Assembly: GCA_038879595.1 (NCBI GenBank)
Contig: JAVZTI010000005.1
Location: 10,938 to 74,937, forward strand
Reading direction: 5' to 3'
Source: Desulfurococcaceae archaeon
Lineage (GTDB): Archaea > Thermoproteota > Thermoprotei_A > Sulfolobales > Desulfurococcaceae
DNA length: 64,000 nt
A model generated the notes under the pieces. That model was not told the origin of the DNA, made no database searches, and saw nothing but the letters and a program-made list of their open reading frames with translations. The position numbers were made by a program, and so were the translations under genes. This document shows positions 55,865 to 64,000 of the stretch, one piece after another. The stretch's first letter is position 1, and each line of letters starts with the position of its first letter.

Positions 55865-55940
55865 TGCGGCGGCCGGGATTTGAACCCGGGATCTCCGGCG
55901 TGGCAGGCCGGCGTCCTAGTCCAGGCTAGACGACCGCCGC
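55865..55940 (-). tRNA. tRNA-Gly (anticodon GCC)
   Basis: Cloverleaf GCGGCGG...CCGGC-CUGCCAC-GCCGG...CCGGG-UUCAAAU-CCCGG-CCGCCGC-A. No encoded CCA and no intron. Confidence 0.9.
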
Positions 55941-56039
55941 TCAATTGTTTTAACTAAGTTAATTAGATTAAAATACTTTAATTAAGACTTCTGTAAGTAA
56001 GTTATTTTTAGGTGTAGTTAAGTGTGGCTTTAGTAGTGA

Positions 56040-56114
56040 GCCGCCGTAGTATAGCCCGGTCAAGTATGCGGGCCTTTCGAGCCCGTGACCCGGGTTCAAA
56101 TCCCGGCGGCGGCA
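56040..56114 (+). tRNA. tRNA-Glu (anticodon UUC)
   Basis: GCCGCCG...CGGGC-CUUUCGA-GCCCG...CCGGG-UUCAAAU-CCCGG-CGGCGGC-A. No encoded CCA, followed by a T-run. Confidence 0.9.
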
Positions 56115-56116
56115 GA

Positions 56117-56124
56117 TTCTTTTT
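56117..56124 (+). terminator. T-rich stretch after tRNA-Glu
   Basis: TTCTTTTT directly 3' of the tRNA. Archaeal terminators are oligo-T tracts. Confidence 0.3.
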
Positions 56125-56159
56125 ACTGCTCACTTACTGTTTAAATAGGGTAGAAGTGT

Positions 56160-57443
56160 TTGGAGTTAGCTGAGTTAATTAATGAATTACTTGCTTTACT
56201 AAGGAGTAAAGTCTCTATAGTTAATGGTAGAGTGAAGTTTATTGAAGAAACACATGAAGATCTCTTGGATGAATTGAAGAAAGCCACAATTAATGCCTTC
56301 ATTAGTTCAGAGAGCCTTAGAGAGGCGCGGGAGTGGATTAAAGTACTGCAGGAGTCTCTTAATAAAGCCGGGAGATCAGTTGGTGCTTTGGGGTGGACCA
56401 TCTCTAAGGAACTTAAGAGCTTCATTAATGATCCTCAGGCACACTTAAAGAAGAAGCTATTCCTATACTCATTTGACTTACTTAGAAATAGAATTACAGT
56501 TAATGAATACTTAGAGAAATCTAGAGCTGCATTAACTACAAGTCTTAAGACAAATATGAGGAGCATATATCAGACCTGGGTATTTGCAGCAATACTGAAT
56601 TGCATGGGGCGTCTTGAGGGAAGACTTGTCTACCCAGAGCATGGATACATACCTCTTGAGAGAAGCGGTAAGCAGAAAGCTGGATCAATACCTCCAAATG
56701 CAATAATTAAAATACCTGGAAGAGGGGAAGTAAGTTTCTTCATAGAAGCTCCAAGGCCCATAGGGTGGGAAGATACAAGAGACCTTAAAAGCGTTTGGAA
56801 ACTATACATAAGCCTAAGGCCGGATATAATGGTTTACTCAGGTAGAGTATTAAACATAGTTAAATTAGATAGCCAGGATGCACCTATACTGAGGCCAAAT
56901 ATGATAATTGAATGTAAGGAATTAAGCGATTGGTTTAACAAGGTGAGAGAGCTTAAGGGCCCCGTAGCAAAACCATTGACTGCAGAGGAATGGATGTCTA
57001 AGTGGATTGATGGTCTCTGGACAGGATTGGCTGATGCCTTAGGAGTAGGTGAGAGAGCCTTCAATGAATTCATTGAAGGTGAGAGAAGAGGGCTTAGAAT
57101 AACTGAGCCCAGGCTAATAGCTCTGTATAAGCAGGTTTATAAACCAGATCGCTTTACACTAGTGTCACTACCAAGAATCCCAGAGTACTTAAAGAAAGAT
57201 CTTGAATCGTGGGGCGTGAATGTAATTGATGGAGTCTCAATAGGATGCGATAGTTGTTTAAAGGAATTAGTTGAAGAAGTAGTTGCTCTAGCTAAGTACA
57301 GTGGCTCAATGGACGTAATTGAAGAACTGAGATCGTTGTTAAAGTCAAGGGGGGTTGAGGTAAGTAGAGCTAAGCTTGAGGAAGCACTACTATCTCTAGC
57401 TATTGATAAAATAGATGATTTAGTTTCAATGATTGCTCAGTGA
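56160..57443 (+). CDS. PD-(D/E)xK nuclease-like protein with helical N-terminal domain
   Basis: FFIEAP ... RPDIMVY ... MIIECKE gives E / PD / ExK in the canonical order. N-terminal 150 aa are helical. The start codon is uncertain, because the TTG at 56160 lies very close to the TTTAAATA box. Confidence 0.5.
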   Translation: MELAELINELLALLRSKVSIVNGRVKFIEETHEDLLDELKKATINAFISSESLREAREWIKVLQESLNKAGRSVGALGWTISKELKSFINDPQAHLKKKLFLYSFDLLRNRITVNEYLEKSRAALTTSLKTNMRSIYQTWVFAAILNCMGRLEGRLVYPEHGYIPLERSGKQKAGSIPPNAIIKIPGRGEVSFFIEAPRPIGWEDTRDLKSVWKLYISLRPDIMVYSGRVLNIVKLDSQDAPILRPNMIIECKELSDWFNKVRELKGPVAKPLTAEEWMSKWIDGLWTGLADALGVGERAFNEFIEGERRGLRITEPRLIALYKQVYKPDRFTLVSLPRIPEYLKKDLESWGVNVIDGVSIGCDSCLKELVEEVVALAKYSGSMDVIEELRSLLKSRGVEVSRAKLEEALLSLAIDKIDDLVSMIAQ

Positions 57444-57925
57444 AGCGCTGTTCCTAGCGAAACCAGCGATAAATGATGTAGTAGTACCGCAACTTGAGCT
57501 ACTGGAGGAAGCTTAGGTGGAATTTCCTTAAACCACACTGGCTTACCATACTGTGCCTCACTTCTAGTAAAGTCTTCGTCTCCTCCATGGAAAACCACTG
57601 CTATGGCGCGCTCTAGAGGTAGGTTTCCAATATCTAGCGATAGGCCTTTTTCACTTACCAAGAATACTTCATTTAAGCCAACGACTTCAGCTAAATCCTT
57701 TATGTCTGGAAGCACTATGAATGGCTTGCCGTTTTTATACGCTATCTTATGTGCTTCAGGGATACCCACTTGAGCAGCCGCTCCAACAGGCTTAATGACT
57801 ACAGGTACTCCAATATTATATGCATAGACAGTCTTAATGAAGTCGAGGAGCCTTTGAACACTGCTCACACTGTATATAGCTAGTATCAGTTTAATCAACT
57901 TCGCCGCCCCTAAGTTTTTCAGCAA
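57437..57925 (-). CDS. conserved-looking alpha/beta protein of unknown function (possibly SPOUT-like)
   Basis: Last gene of the Trm56-TFE-methyltransferase string. A likely TTG start overlaps the methyltransferase stop (TTGATTAA). The VVFHGGDEDF motif gives only a tentative family assignment. Confidence 0.45.
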   Translation of the reverse strand: MLKNLGAAKLIKLILAIYSVSSVQRLLDFIKTVYAYNIGVPVVIKPVGAAAQVGIPEAHKIAYKNGKPFIVLPDIKDLAEVVGLNEVFLVSEKGLSLDIGNLPLERAIAVVFHGGDEDFTRSEAQYGKPVWFKEIPPKLPPVAQVAVLLHHLSLVSLGTALH

Positions 57926-58871
57926 TGCATTCAGCTATAGCTTTAGCTAAAGGTGGAGGAACAGCTTCTCCAACCATATTGTACTCCACTTCTCTTCCTC
58001 CAATGAATATAAATGAGTCGGGAAACCCCATTAACCTAGCTTGCTCTCTTACTGTAAGCAATCTGTTTTCAAACGGGTGAATAAACCTCGATGAACCTTG
58101 AACTGTTGGAGCAATTTTGTTTGGATGAAGCCTGATGTAATTTGGATACCTAGTTGAGGAACCATTATAGTAGATCAGTGCTTTCCCCCAGCGGAGGAGA
58201 GCCAACTTCTTTAACTTCTCCTCGGATATAGGTGAGTGTTCGTGATTCGGCGGGTAACTGGAGCCTGGCTCAGGTAAGTCGCTGAGTGCTTCAGCTACTG
58301 TAATCCTTCTATTGATCTTCTTAGGCTTTATTTCAACGTTTGATATGAAGACCCTCAGCCTATGGCTTGGCACACCATAGTCTTCTGCAAGCAGTAAATT
58401 AAAGAATATCCTTGGGTAGCCAGCTCTAGAGAACTCCTTTATTAAGGCCTTCTTTAGCTCGCCATCCATTATGGCTGGCACATTCTCCATAACGAAGACC
58501 TCGGGCCTTATTTCAGCAACGTACTTTATGAAGTATAGAGTGAGCAAACCTAAGGGGTCTTTATATAATCTATCGAGAGGCCTCTTCTCTCTCCTAGGGT
58601 TTGAGCCAGTGAAAGCCTCACATGGAGGCCCGCCTATAATTACATTTATCTCTCCATCAGTTAAGTTAAGCAACGCCCTTGGGCTTACGTACTTTATATC
58701 TTCTGCTATTACTATTGCTCTAGGGAAATTGACCTTATAGGTCTTTGCAACACTAGGCATGTTGTCAAGACCTGCCACTACTTCATATGAGCCTGCCTGG
58801 CTAAAGCCTAAAGAGAATCCTCCTGCTCCACAGAATAGATCTACTACTTTATACGTAGGCTTCAAAATCAC
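57891..58871 (-). CDS. DNA (cytosine-5)-methyltransferase
   Basis: Motif I DLFCGAGGFSLGF, IV GGPPCEAFT (PCE rather than PCQ), VI ENVP, VIII HRLRVF, IX TVREQARLMGFPD, X GEAVPPPLA. Confidence 0.85.
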   Translation of the reverse strand: MILKPTYKVVDLFCGAGGFSLGFSQAGSYEVVAGLDNMPSVAKTYKVNFPRAIVIAEDIKYVSPRALLNLTDGEINVIIGGPPCEAFTGSNPRREKRPLDRLYKDPLGLLTLYFIKYVAEIRPEVFVMENVPAIMDGELKKALIKEFSRAGYPRIFFNLLLAEDYGVPSHRLRVFISNVEIKPKKINRRITVAEALSDLPEPGSSYPPNHEHSPISEEKLKKLALLRWGKALIYYNGSSTRYPNYIRLHPNKIAPTVQGSSRFIHPFENRLLTVREQARLMGFPDSFIFIGGREVEYNMVGEAVPPPLAKAIAECIAEKLRGGEVD

Positions 58872-59404
58872 TCTCCTTTTAAGAATGCTTCAACATCCTC
58901 AATGTTTTTCTTTAAGAACTCAACGGCTTTACTACCACTATATTCCTCCAATACCATTCCACACCTAGGGCATGTGAACTCATACTCCATTGCTTCATCA
59001 ATAGTATACTTGCTTCCATCATGTGGACAGTAGTAGAATTGTACACTTGATTCAGCCTCTATTTTTGTCTTAAGTTTTTCAAGTACTTTCTCAAGCCTAA
59101 CTTTAATTACGTGCTCTAAGTTCTCTACGTCTATATACCACCCCTGTCTCTCCCTATCTCTGTTGGCCACTCTTCTAAACGAAATTAATCCATGCTCTGA
59201 TAGTACTTGAAGCACTTTTCTAACGTCATTTGATCTAGCGTTTAAGCTCCTACTTATTACTTCCTCTGGAATTATGGGGCCATTGTCGATTAGATAGTCT
59301 ATTACTTGGCTAGCTATCTCTCCAAAGCCCTGGTGATACATGTCCAACATTTTGACGGCAAACATTTTCAGCTTTCTAGCTCCATTAATTGTCTTCTTTG
59401 GCAA
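58868..59404 (-). CDS. tfe: transcription factor E (TFIIE alpha homologue)
   Basis: N-terminal winged helix (...VRKVLQVLSEHGLISFRR...) and C-terminal zinc ribbon YYCPHDG...FTCPRCG. Confidence 0.8.
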   Translation of the reverse strand: MPKKTINGARKLKMFAVKMLDMYHQGFGEIASQVIDYLIDNGPIIPEEVISRSLNARSNDVRKVLQVLSEHGLISFRRVANRDRERQGWYIDVENLEHVIKVRLEKVLEKLKTKIEAESSVQFYYCPHDGSKYTIDEAMEYEFTCPRCGMVLEEYSGSKAVEFLKKNIEDVEAFLKGE

Positions 59405-59987
59405 CTCTGACCACCTTTTTACCTCTGCGCGAAGGCTCTATTACTAGCTTTGCTCCCTCAAAAGTACTGTATAGCTCAGAACCCATATAATACCTATCGA
59501 GAAATATAGCTAGAGCAGCTACTTCAGAGTGAGGTTGATTGCCTATAGCTATATTGTAGTCAGATTCCGTGTAGAAGAATGGAGGGACTTTTTCAGCGCC
59601 CACTACTACTAGGATGTCTTTCCCTAAAGATCTAAGCTCATCGATGATTTTATCTACGTGAATACCATACATAGTTAAGTGAACTACTATCCCGCCCCTC
59701 TTCTTCCATTCAACAACATACTTCATTGAATCAACTCCCTGTTCTATGTGCATTACTCCACCCCAAGTCTTAAGCACTTTACTTAGTGACTCAACAACCC
59801 TTTGATCGACTACATCGCCTAGTATGAATCCATGGGCTCCGAAAGCTCTTGCAACAAGGGCTACGTGGGTAGTAACTCTTCTATCTCTACCAGGTCTATG
59901 GCCTATTCTTAGAACGTAGATTTTAGATGCATATCCGCGGAACCCCATGATACTTGCCCCTCCTCTAAAACATAGTTCTTGATGCAT
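59385..59987 (-). CDS. trm56: tRNA (cytidine56-2'-O)-methyltransferase aTrm56 (SPOUT)
   Basis: VLRIGHRPGRDRRVTTHVALVARAFGA... is the aTrm56 N-terminal signature. Confidence 0.8.
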   Translation of the reverse strand: MHQELCFRGGASIMGFRGYASKIYVLRIGHRPGRDRRVTTHVALVARAFGAHGFILGDVVDQRVVESLSKVLKTWGGVMHIEQGVDSMKYVVEWKKRGGIVVHLTMYGIHVDKIIDELRSLGKDILVVVGAEKVPPFFYTESDYNIAIGNQPHSEVAALAIFLDRYYMGSELYSTFEGAKLVIEPSRRGKKVVRVAKEDN

Positions 59988-59990
59988 GGC

Positions 59991-61052
59991 CTACTTTGGG
60001 AGGGATTCAATGACTTTCTCCATGAGTTTCTCAATGTTTACTCCCTTTGCTGCCGATATTGGAACTACATTGTCTAGATCAATCTTAAGTTTGCTGCCTA
60101 AGAATTCTACTATTTCTTCAACTCTACTAGTGGTAACTAAGTCTATTTTATTTAGGGCTATTACTGCTTGTTTTCCATGAGCCCCTATAGATTCAAGGAT
60201 GTTATTCGTTGAAGTTATTGAGGCTTTTATTTCACTTAACCTCTTAGATGCATCAACAGTCACTATTATTACATCAGAGTAAACTATTTCCTCTAAAGTA
60301 GCATAGAATGCCTCTACAAGCTGTGGAGGAAGATCTCTAATAAATCCTACCGTATCTATGAAGACTAACTTAACCCCATTGTAGCATGCTGAAGAGGCTT
60401 TTGGAGTAAAAGTTGTAAAAGGCTCAGGACCAACTGGCCTATAGTTCTTAGTTATGTAATTAAATAATGTTGTCTTACCTGCACAAGTGTATCCAACTAT
60501 GGCTACATGCGGATACCCAAGCTTCTCCCTATTTTTTCTCCTTATTTCACGCAAATTCCTTAAATGCTCTATTTCCCTCCTAAGTCTTGCAACCCTCCTT
60601 ACAGCCATAGTATAGTATTTTTCGTAGCCATATTCTCCTCCCCCTAGGTATCCATGGAGCTCCCCCATTTTGGCTCTTCTCACAGCCTCCTTAATTATTG
60701 ATAGTTCGTAGCGAAGCTTAGCTAATTCTATCTGTATTTGTGCTTCCTTACTACCGGCGTGTTGAACGAATATTTCAAGTATTACCTGCATTCTATCTAA
60801 TACGTTTGCTCTAAGTTCTTTAAGTAAGTTAAAGTACTGTCTAGGCTTCAGTAAATCCATTACTACTAATTCTTTCACTTCATCCTCCTTAAGCTTCTTA
60901 ACGATATCGCTAGATAAGTAAGTCTTTGGGTTTCCCCCCTTTATGACGATTACGTCTATATTGCTGTGATTATATATAGCTTTAACTAAACCCACTTCTT
61001 CATCTATGAAGTCACTGTACTTCTTTGGAATAGCTACTACTACTTTGCTCAA
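59991..61052 (-). CDS. hflX: GTPase HflX
   Basis: HflX N-terminal domain plus coiled linker, then G-domain VAIVGYTCAGKTTLFN, DTVGF and NKID. Confidence 0.85.
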   Translation of the reverse strand: MSKVVVAIPKKYSDFIDEEVGLVKAIYNHSNIDVIVIKGGNPKTYLSSDIVKKLKEDEVKELVVMDLLKPRQYFNLLKELRANVLDRMQVILEIFVQHAGSKEAQIQIELAKLRYELSIIKEAVRRAKMGELHGYLGGGEYGYEKYYTMAVRRVARLRREIEHLRNLREIRRKNREKLGYPHVAIVGYTCAGKTTLFNYITKNYRPVGPEPFTTFTPKASSACYNGVKLVFIDTVGFIRDLPPQLVEAFYATLEEIVYSDVIIVTVDASKRLSEIKASITSTNNILESIGAHGKQAVIALNKIDLVTTSRVEEIVEFLGSKLKIDLDNVVPISAAKGVNIEKLMEKVIESLPK

Positions 61053-61073
61053 CTCATGATCCTCCGCAAGTCT

Positions 61074-61586
61074 CTACTTTTTGTCTCTCACCTTTATTAG
61101 ATCTCCTATAGTGAAATAGTTGCTATCTCCCTCACTATAACTCGTTGGCTTCAATTCATCAACTATAGGCTGCAGTAGAGTTATTTTAAGAATTCTTTCA
61201 AGTCTTTGAGCTAGGCTTATCGATGGAGTAAGCTTACCTGACTCTATTCTCTTAATTACTGACTCACTCTCCTTAACTTTCTCCGCTAGGGCTTTAGTAC
61301 TCCACCCAAACTTCTCTCTTGCCTCCCTTATTCTCTTAGCGTAATCTGGGACTACTTCATAGTCTTCTTCAATTACTCTCCTAGCAATGCTTTTCTTAGG
61401 CTCTCTCTTCACTACTTCTTGAAGTACAGGTTGCTTTAAATGCTTAGTAGGCGTAGTTCTACTTCTAACTACAACCTTAATGTAGCACTCAGGACATAGC
61501 GTTAGCTCAACTCCTTCAACAAACGCCTTCCTACAGCTTCTATCATTCTCCACTCTTCTTCCACAGACTTCGCAATAGCATGGCAA
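61074..61586 (-). CDS. mbf1: archaeal multiprotein-bridging factor 1 (zinc ribbon + HTH)
   Basis: N-terminal CEVCG...CPEC ribbon and C-terminal Xre-type HTH (IREAREKFGWSTKALAEKV). Confidence 0.8.
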   Translation of the reverse strand: MPCYCEVCGRRVENDRSCRKAFVEGVELTLCPECYIKVVVRSRTTPTKHLKQPVLQEVVKREPKKSIARRVIEEDYEVVPDYAKRIREAREKFGWSTKALAEKVKESESVIKRIESGKLTPSISLAQRLERILKITLLQPIVDELKPTSYSEGDSNYFTIGDLIKVRDKK

Positions 61587-61649
61587 GCTTATCGCCTGAG
61601 TAGATATATTGTGGTAGAGCTATTTTAGGCCTAATTTAATTCAATACTT

Positions 61650-62900
61650 ATGTTGGGTGCATGTGCTTTGAGCGTTGAACCAAGTGAAAAAAATGAAACA
61701 AAGTTAAGCTTAGGAGACTACGTTAAAGTCCTTGAGGCTAAGCTGGAGCAACTAGTCTTTGAGAATAAGTCTCTTGAATACAAGTACAATAAGTTGCTTA
61801 TGGATTTTGAGAAACTTCAAAGACAGGTAGAGTATTATAAGAGCCAGATTGAAAAACTAATTACTCCACCACTTATAGAGGCTACAGTAGTAGATGTACT
61901 TAAAGATGGAAGAGTTATTGTAAGAAGCTCCACTGGTCCAAACCTCGTTGTACAAGCTCTAGACTCAATAGACCTATCGCTTTTAAGACCTGGGGCTAGA
62001 GTAGCGTTGAATCAAAGAGGATCAGCAGTAGTTGAAGCACTACCTGAATCAGAGGATCCATTAGTCAAAAGCATGGAGATTGTAGAAAGGCCTAACGTTA
62101 AGTACAGTGATGTAGGTGGTTTAAGTGAGCAAATAATGGAGCTAAGAGAAGTTATTGAACTACCGTTGAAGAAGCCGGAATTATTTAAGGAGATCGGGGT
62201 AGAGCCTCCTAAAGGCATATTACTCTACGGACCCCCGGGCTGTGGAAAAACCCTCTTAGCAAAGGCTGTTGCTAGTGAAGCTGAAGCAGCATTCATAAGT
62301 ATTGTTGGAAGCGAACTCGTCCAAAAATTCATTGGGGAAGGAGCTAGGATCGTTAGAGAGCTATTTCAATTAGCTAGGAGAAAAGCTCCAGCAATAGTAT
62401 TCATAGATGAACTCGATTCAATAGCTTCAAGGAGGATAGACATAGGGACTAGTGGTGAGAGAGAAGTACAGAGAACTCTAATGCAATTGCTGGCTGAAAT
62501 AGACGGCTTCAAGCCTCTTGATGGAGTCAAAATAATTGCTGCAACTAATAGAGTTGACATACTTGATCCAGCGATATTAAGGCCCGGCAGACTCGATAGG
62601 CTGATAGAAATACCTCCTCCAAACCTCAGCGGAAGAATAGAGATATTCAAAATACACACTAAGAGAATGAAGCTAGCGAACGACGTAAATTTAGAGGAGC
62701 TGGCTAAAGTCACTGAAGGATTATGCGGAGCTGAAATAAAGGCTATATGTACTGAGGCAGGGTACTTCGCGATAAGAAGTGGAAGAAACGTTGTCTCAAT
62801 GAATGATTTCATTAATGCAGTGAAAAAGACTTTGGCTAAAAGAGATGTAAGAGGGAGGCCTAAGGAAATAGAACAAGGCTTGTTAAATGTTTACCAGTAG
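61650..62900 (+). CDS. pan: proteasome-activating nucleotidase (PAN, AAA+ ATPase)
   Basis: Coiled-coil N-terminus, OB segment ([18 protein letters not shown]), [17 protein letters not shown] and the second region of homology. Confidence 0.85.
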   Translation: MLGACALSVEPSEKNETKLSLGDYVKVLEAKLEQLVFENKSLEYKYNKLLMDFEKLQRQVEYYKSQIEKLITPPLIEATVVDVLKDGRVIVRSSTGPNLVVQALDSIDLSLLRPGARVALNQRGSAVVEALPESEDPLVKSMEIVERPNVKYSDVGGLSEQIMELREVIELPLKKPELFKEIGVEPPKGILLYGPPGCGKTLLAKAVASEAEAAFISIVGSELVQKFIGEGARIVRELFQLARRKAPAIVFIDELDSIASRRIDIGTSGEREVQRTLMQLLAEIDGFKPLDGVKIIAATNRVDILDPAILRPGRLDRLIEIPPPNLSGRIEIFKIHTKRMKLANDVNLEELAKVTEGLCGAEIKAICTEAGYFAIRSGRNVVSMNDFINAVKKTLAKRDVRGRPKEIEQGLLNVYQ

Positions 62901-63029
62901 TTAAGTAATGGGAGCTACTTTACTCCAAGGAACTTGATTTTCATGTCCATTGATGGAGTCACAATAATGCTTACGGAGTTCATTAATGCTTAACTTGTTT
63001 CATAGATCTCTTACTAGTTTATAAAAGAG

Positions 63030-63323
63030 TTAATCTGTGCTAGACTCAGATTCTTCTTCAGCTAGCTCTTCAAGAAGTATTTCATAGTACTCTTGAAGCA
63101 TTTCGCGTTCCTCAGGAGTTATTCCTCCACGGGATGCTTGAGACGCCTTAGCAGTTACAACTTTTTTCTCACTGCTAACTTCATAGCTTAATTTATACTT
63201 ATTTTTATCCTCTATCTCTAACTCCATTTTATAGTTGCATTTCGTGCAGACTAAGTACTTCTTTTCATTCTCCTCTCTTGGAAGCATTATTCCTCCGCAC
63301 TTAGGGCAAAACTTCACTTCCAC
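63030..63323 (-). CDS. zinc-ribbon protein (RpoM/TFS N-terminal-like) with acidic tail
   Basis: FCPKCGGIMLP...LVCTKCNY ribbon and an acidic C-terminus EELAEEESESSTD. Exact family not determined. Confidence 0.45.
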   Translation of the reverse strand: MEVKFCPKCGGIMLPREENEKKYLVCTKCNYKMELEIEDKNKYKLSYEVSSEKKVVTAKASQASRGGITPEEREMLQEYYEILLEELAEEESESSTD

Positions 63324-63452
63324 TTACCTCCTTAAGCTAGTGTTCTGAAGTGATATGTACTCCCTAATAATGTTTTCCCTCAGCACATAGGGGGTAATTA
63401 TTTTAAACCCAGGAGATTCAGAGATGTAGTGAATGACTATAGGTGAGTAGAC

Positions 63453-63533
63453 ATGATATTGCGATATGAGGAGGAAGAATGGTGGGAAGAAGAGGAAGAA
63501 GAGGAGTGGTGGGAAGAAGAAGAGGAGTGGTAG
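63453..63533 (+). CDS. 26-codon Glu/Trp micro-ORF (speculative)
   Basis: GGTGA (63442-63446) lies 6 nt before the ATG at 63453. It encodes MILRYEEEEWWEEEEEEEWWEEEEEW. The purine-rich repeat also reads as a Lys/Arg-rich peptide in another frame, so coding is unproven. Confidence 0.25.
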   Translation: MILRYEEEEWWEEEEEEEWWEEEEEW

Positions 63534-63535
63534 TG

Positions 63536-63886
63536 CTATAGCTCCTGTAGGTACGCCTTATTGATGGTTGTTAGAAGGTTTTTTATGAGAGCAACACGCT
63601 CCTCTGAAGGCGGTTCTTCACACTTCTCATAGCGGCAAATTGCATACTTTGAGCACGTGTTGAAAACTTTACTGCTTACTTCAGCGTAAGATTCCTGGCT
63701 TGTGATTATGATTACGCTGACTTCGCTACTTAGGTGAGAAGTTAAAAGATCTATGACTTCATCTATTTGTTTTTTTGCGTAAAGTATTTTGAGGAGAAGT
63801 AACGCTGGATTACGTATTTTCTTTACATGCCTCAACTTCTTTAATGCATAGAGGCTAGCTACAATAACTGCCTCCAATGGTGGCAT
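63536..63886 (-). CDS. hypothetical protein
   Basis: 116-aa ORF with normal composition. No motif recognised. Confidence 0.4.
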   Translation of the reverse strand: MPPLEAVIVASLYALKKLRHVKKIRNPALLLLKILYAKKQIDEVIDLLTSHLSSEVSVIIITSQESYAEVSSKVFNTCSKYAICRYEKCEEPPSEERVALIKNLLTTINKAYLQEL

Positions 63887-64000
63887 AAGGCTTTGCGGAA
63901 CCAGTGCTACAATGGTTGAACCCGTAGTTAAACTATTTACTTCACTAAGTAACTCACTGAATACAACGTTGGAGAACAGCTTACATGAAATTATTGAAAC

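Noticed and set aside
55865-59987. An integrated element at the tRNA-Gly/tRNA-Glu pair. I looked for an integrase and for a duplicated tRNA 3' or 5' segment as an att repeat.
   Set aside because: No integrase-like ORF was found, and I saw no partial tRNA copy. The region beyond the nuclease-like gene is a housekeeping operon.
63453-63533. Trp-codon leader peptide (attenuation-type) interpretation of the E/W micro-ORF with tandem TGG TGG.
   Set aside because: No same-strand downstream gene exists, since the next gene converges on it. No trp biosynthesis genes are nearby. Leader-peptide attenuation is not established in archaea.
1-64000. Scan for CRISPR arrays, rRNA genes and long tandem or inverted repeats.
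   Set aside because: No regularly spaced direct repeats and no rRNA-like G+C blocks were seen by eye. This was a visual scan, so short or degenerate arrays could have been missed.

Overview
This window is AT-rich archaeal chromosome, about 40% G+C by eye. Its gene content matches a hyperthermophilic crenarchaeote: PCNA, TFE, PAN, aMBF1, aTrm56, Taw3/Trm5, archaeal ThrRS with an N-terminal editing domain, and a class III signal-peptide pilin. I cannot name the species. There are about 75 tightly packed genes, many with overlapping stop/start codons, and no rRNA or CRISPR array.

Housekeeping genes:
- AsnRS, ArgRS and ThrRS.
- tRNA-modification genes: Taw3, Trm5-like, Trm56, a Trm112-like protein and a tRNA-binding protein.
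- PCNA, RNase HII, endonuclease III, an MGMT-like protein, GlmM-type mutase, carbamate kinase, HflX, PAN, MBF1 and TFE.
- Divergent tRNA-Gly(GCC) and tRNA-Glu(UUC).

Transport and envelope genes:
- An ABC-2 exporter, a 5-gene oligopeptide-type ABC importer, and MATE and EamA transporters.
- A type IV pilus-like locus.
- Two membrane-anchored exoenzymes: a frameshifted alkaline phosphatase carrying a dockerin, and a GH13 amylase.

Most unusual content:
1. A G+C-rich insertion at about 27.07-28.59 kb. It holds an unlisted 48-aa AbrB-like micro-ORF, translationally coupled to a TnpB/OrfB-like RuvC protein that lacks the usual zinc ribbon. The pair appears to share a palindromic TATA box with a divergent, about 220-nt, roughly 62% G+C, helix-rich non-coding island. 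A paralogous micro-ORF sits next to a second TnpB-like gene fragment at the left window edge.
2. A 1.25-kb ORF-free stretch (30.9-32.15 kb) containing a second TATA-preceded G+C island bracketed by 15-nt direct repeats.
3. A PD-(D/E)xK protein beside the tRNA pair, converging on an m5C DNA methyltransferase that is embedded in the Trm56-TFE operon.
4. A 26-codon Glu/Trp-only micro-ORF.

All functional calls rest on motifs read by eye. No database search was run.
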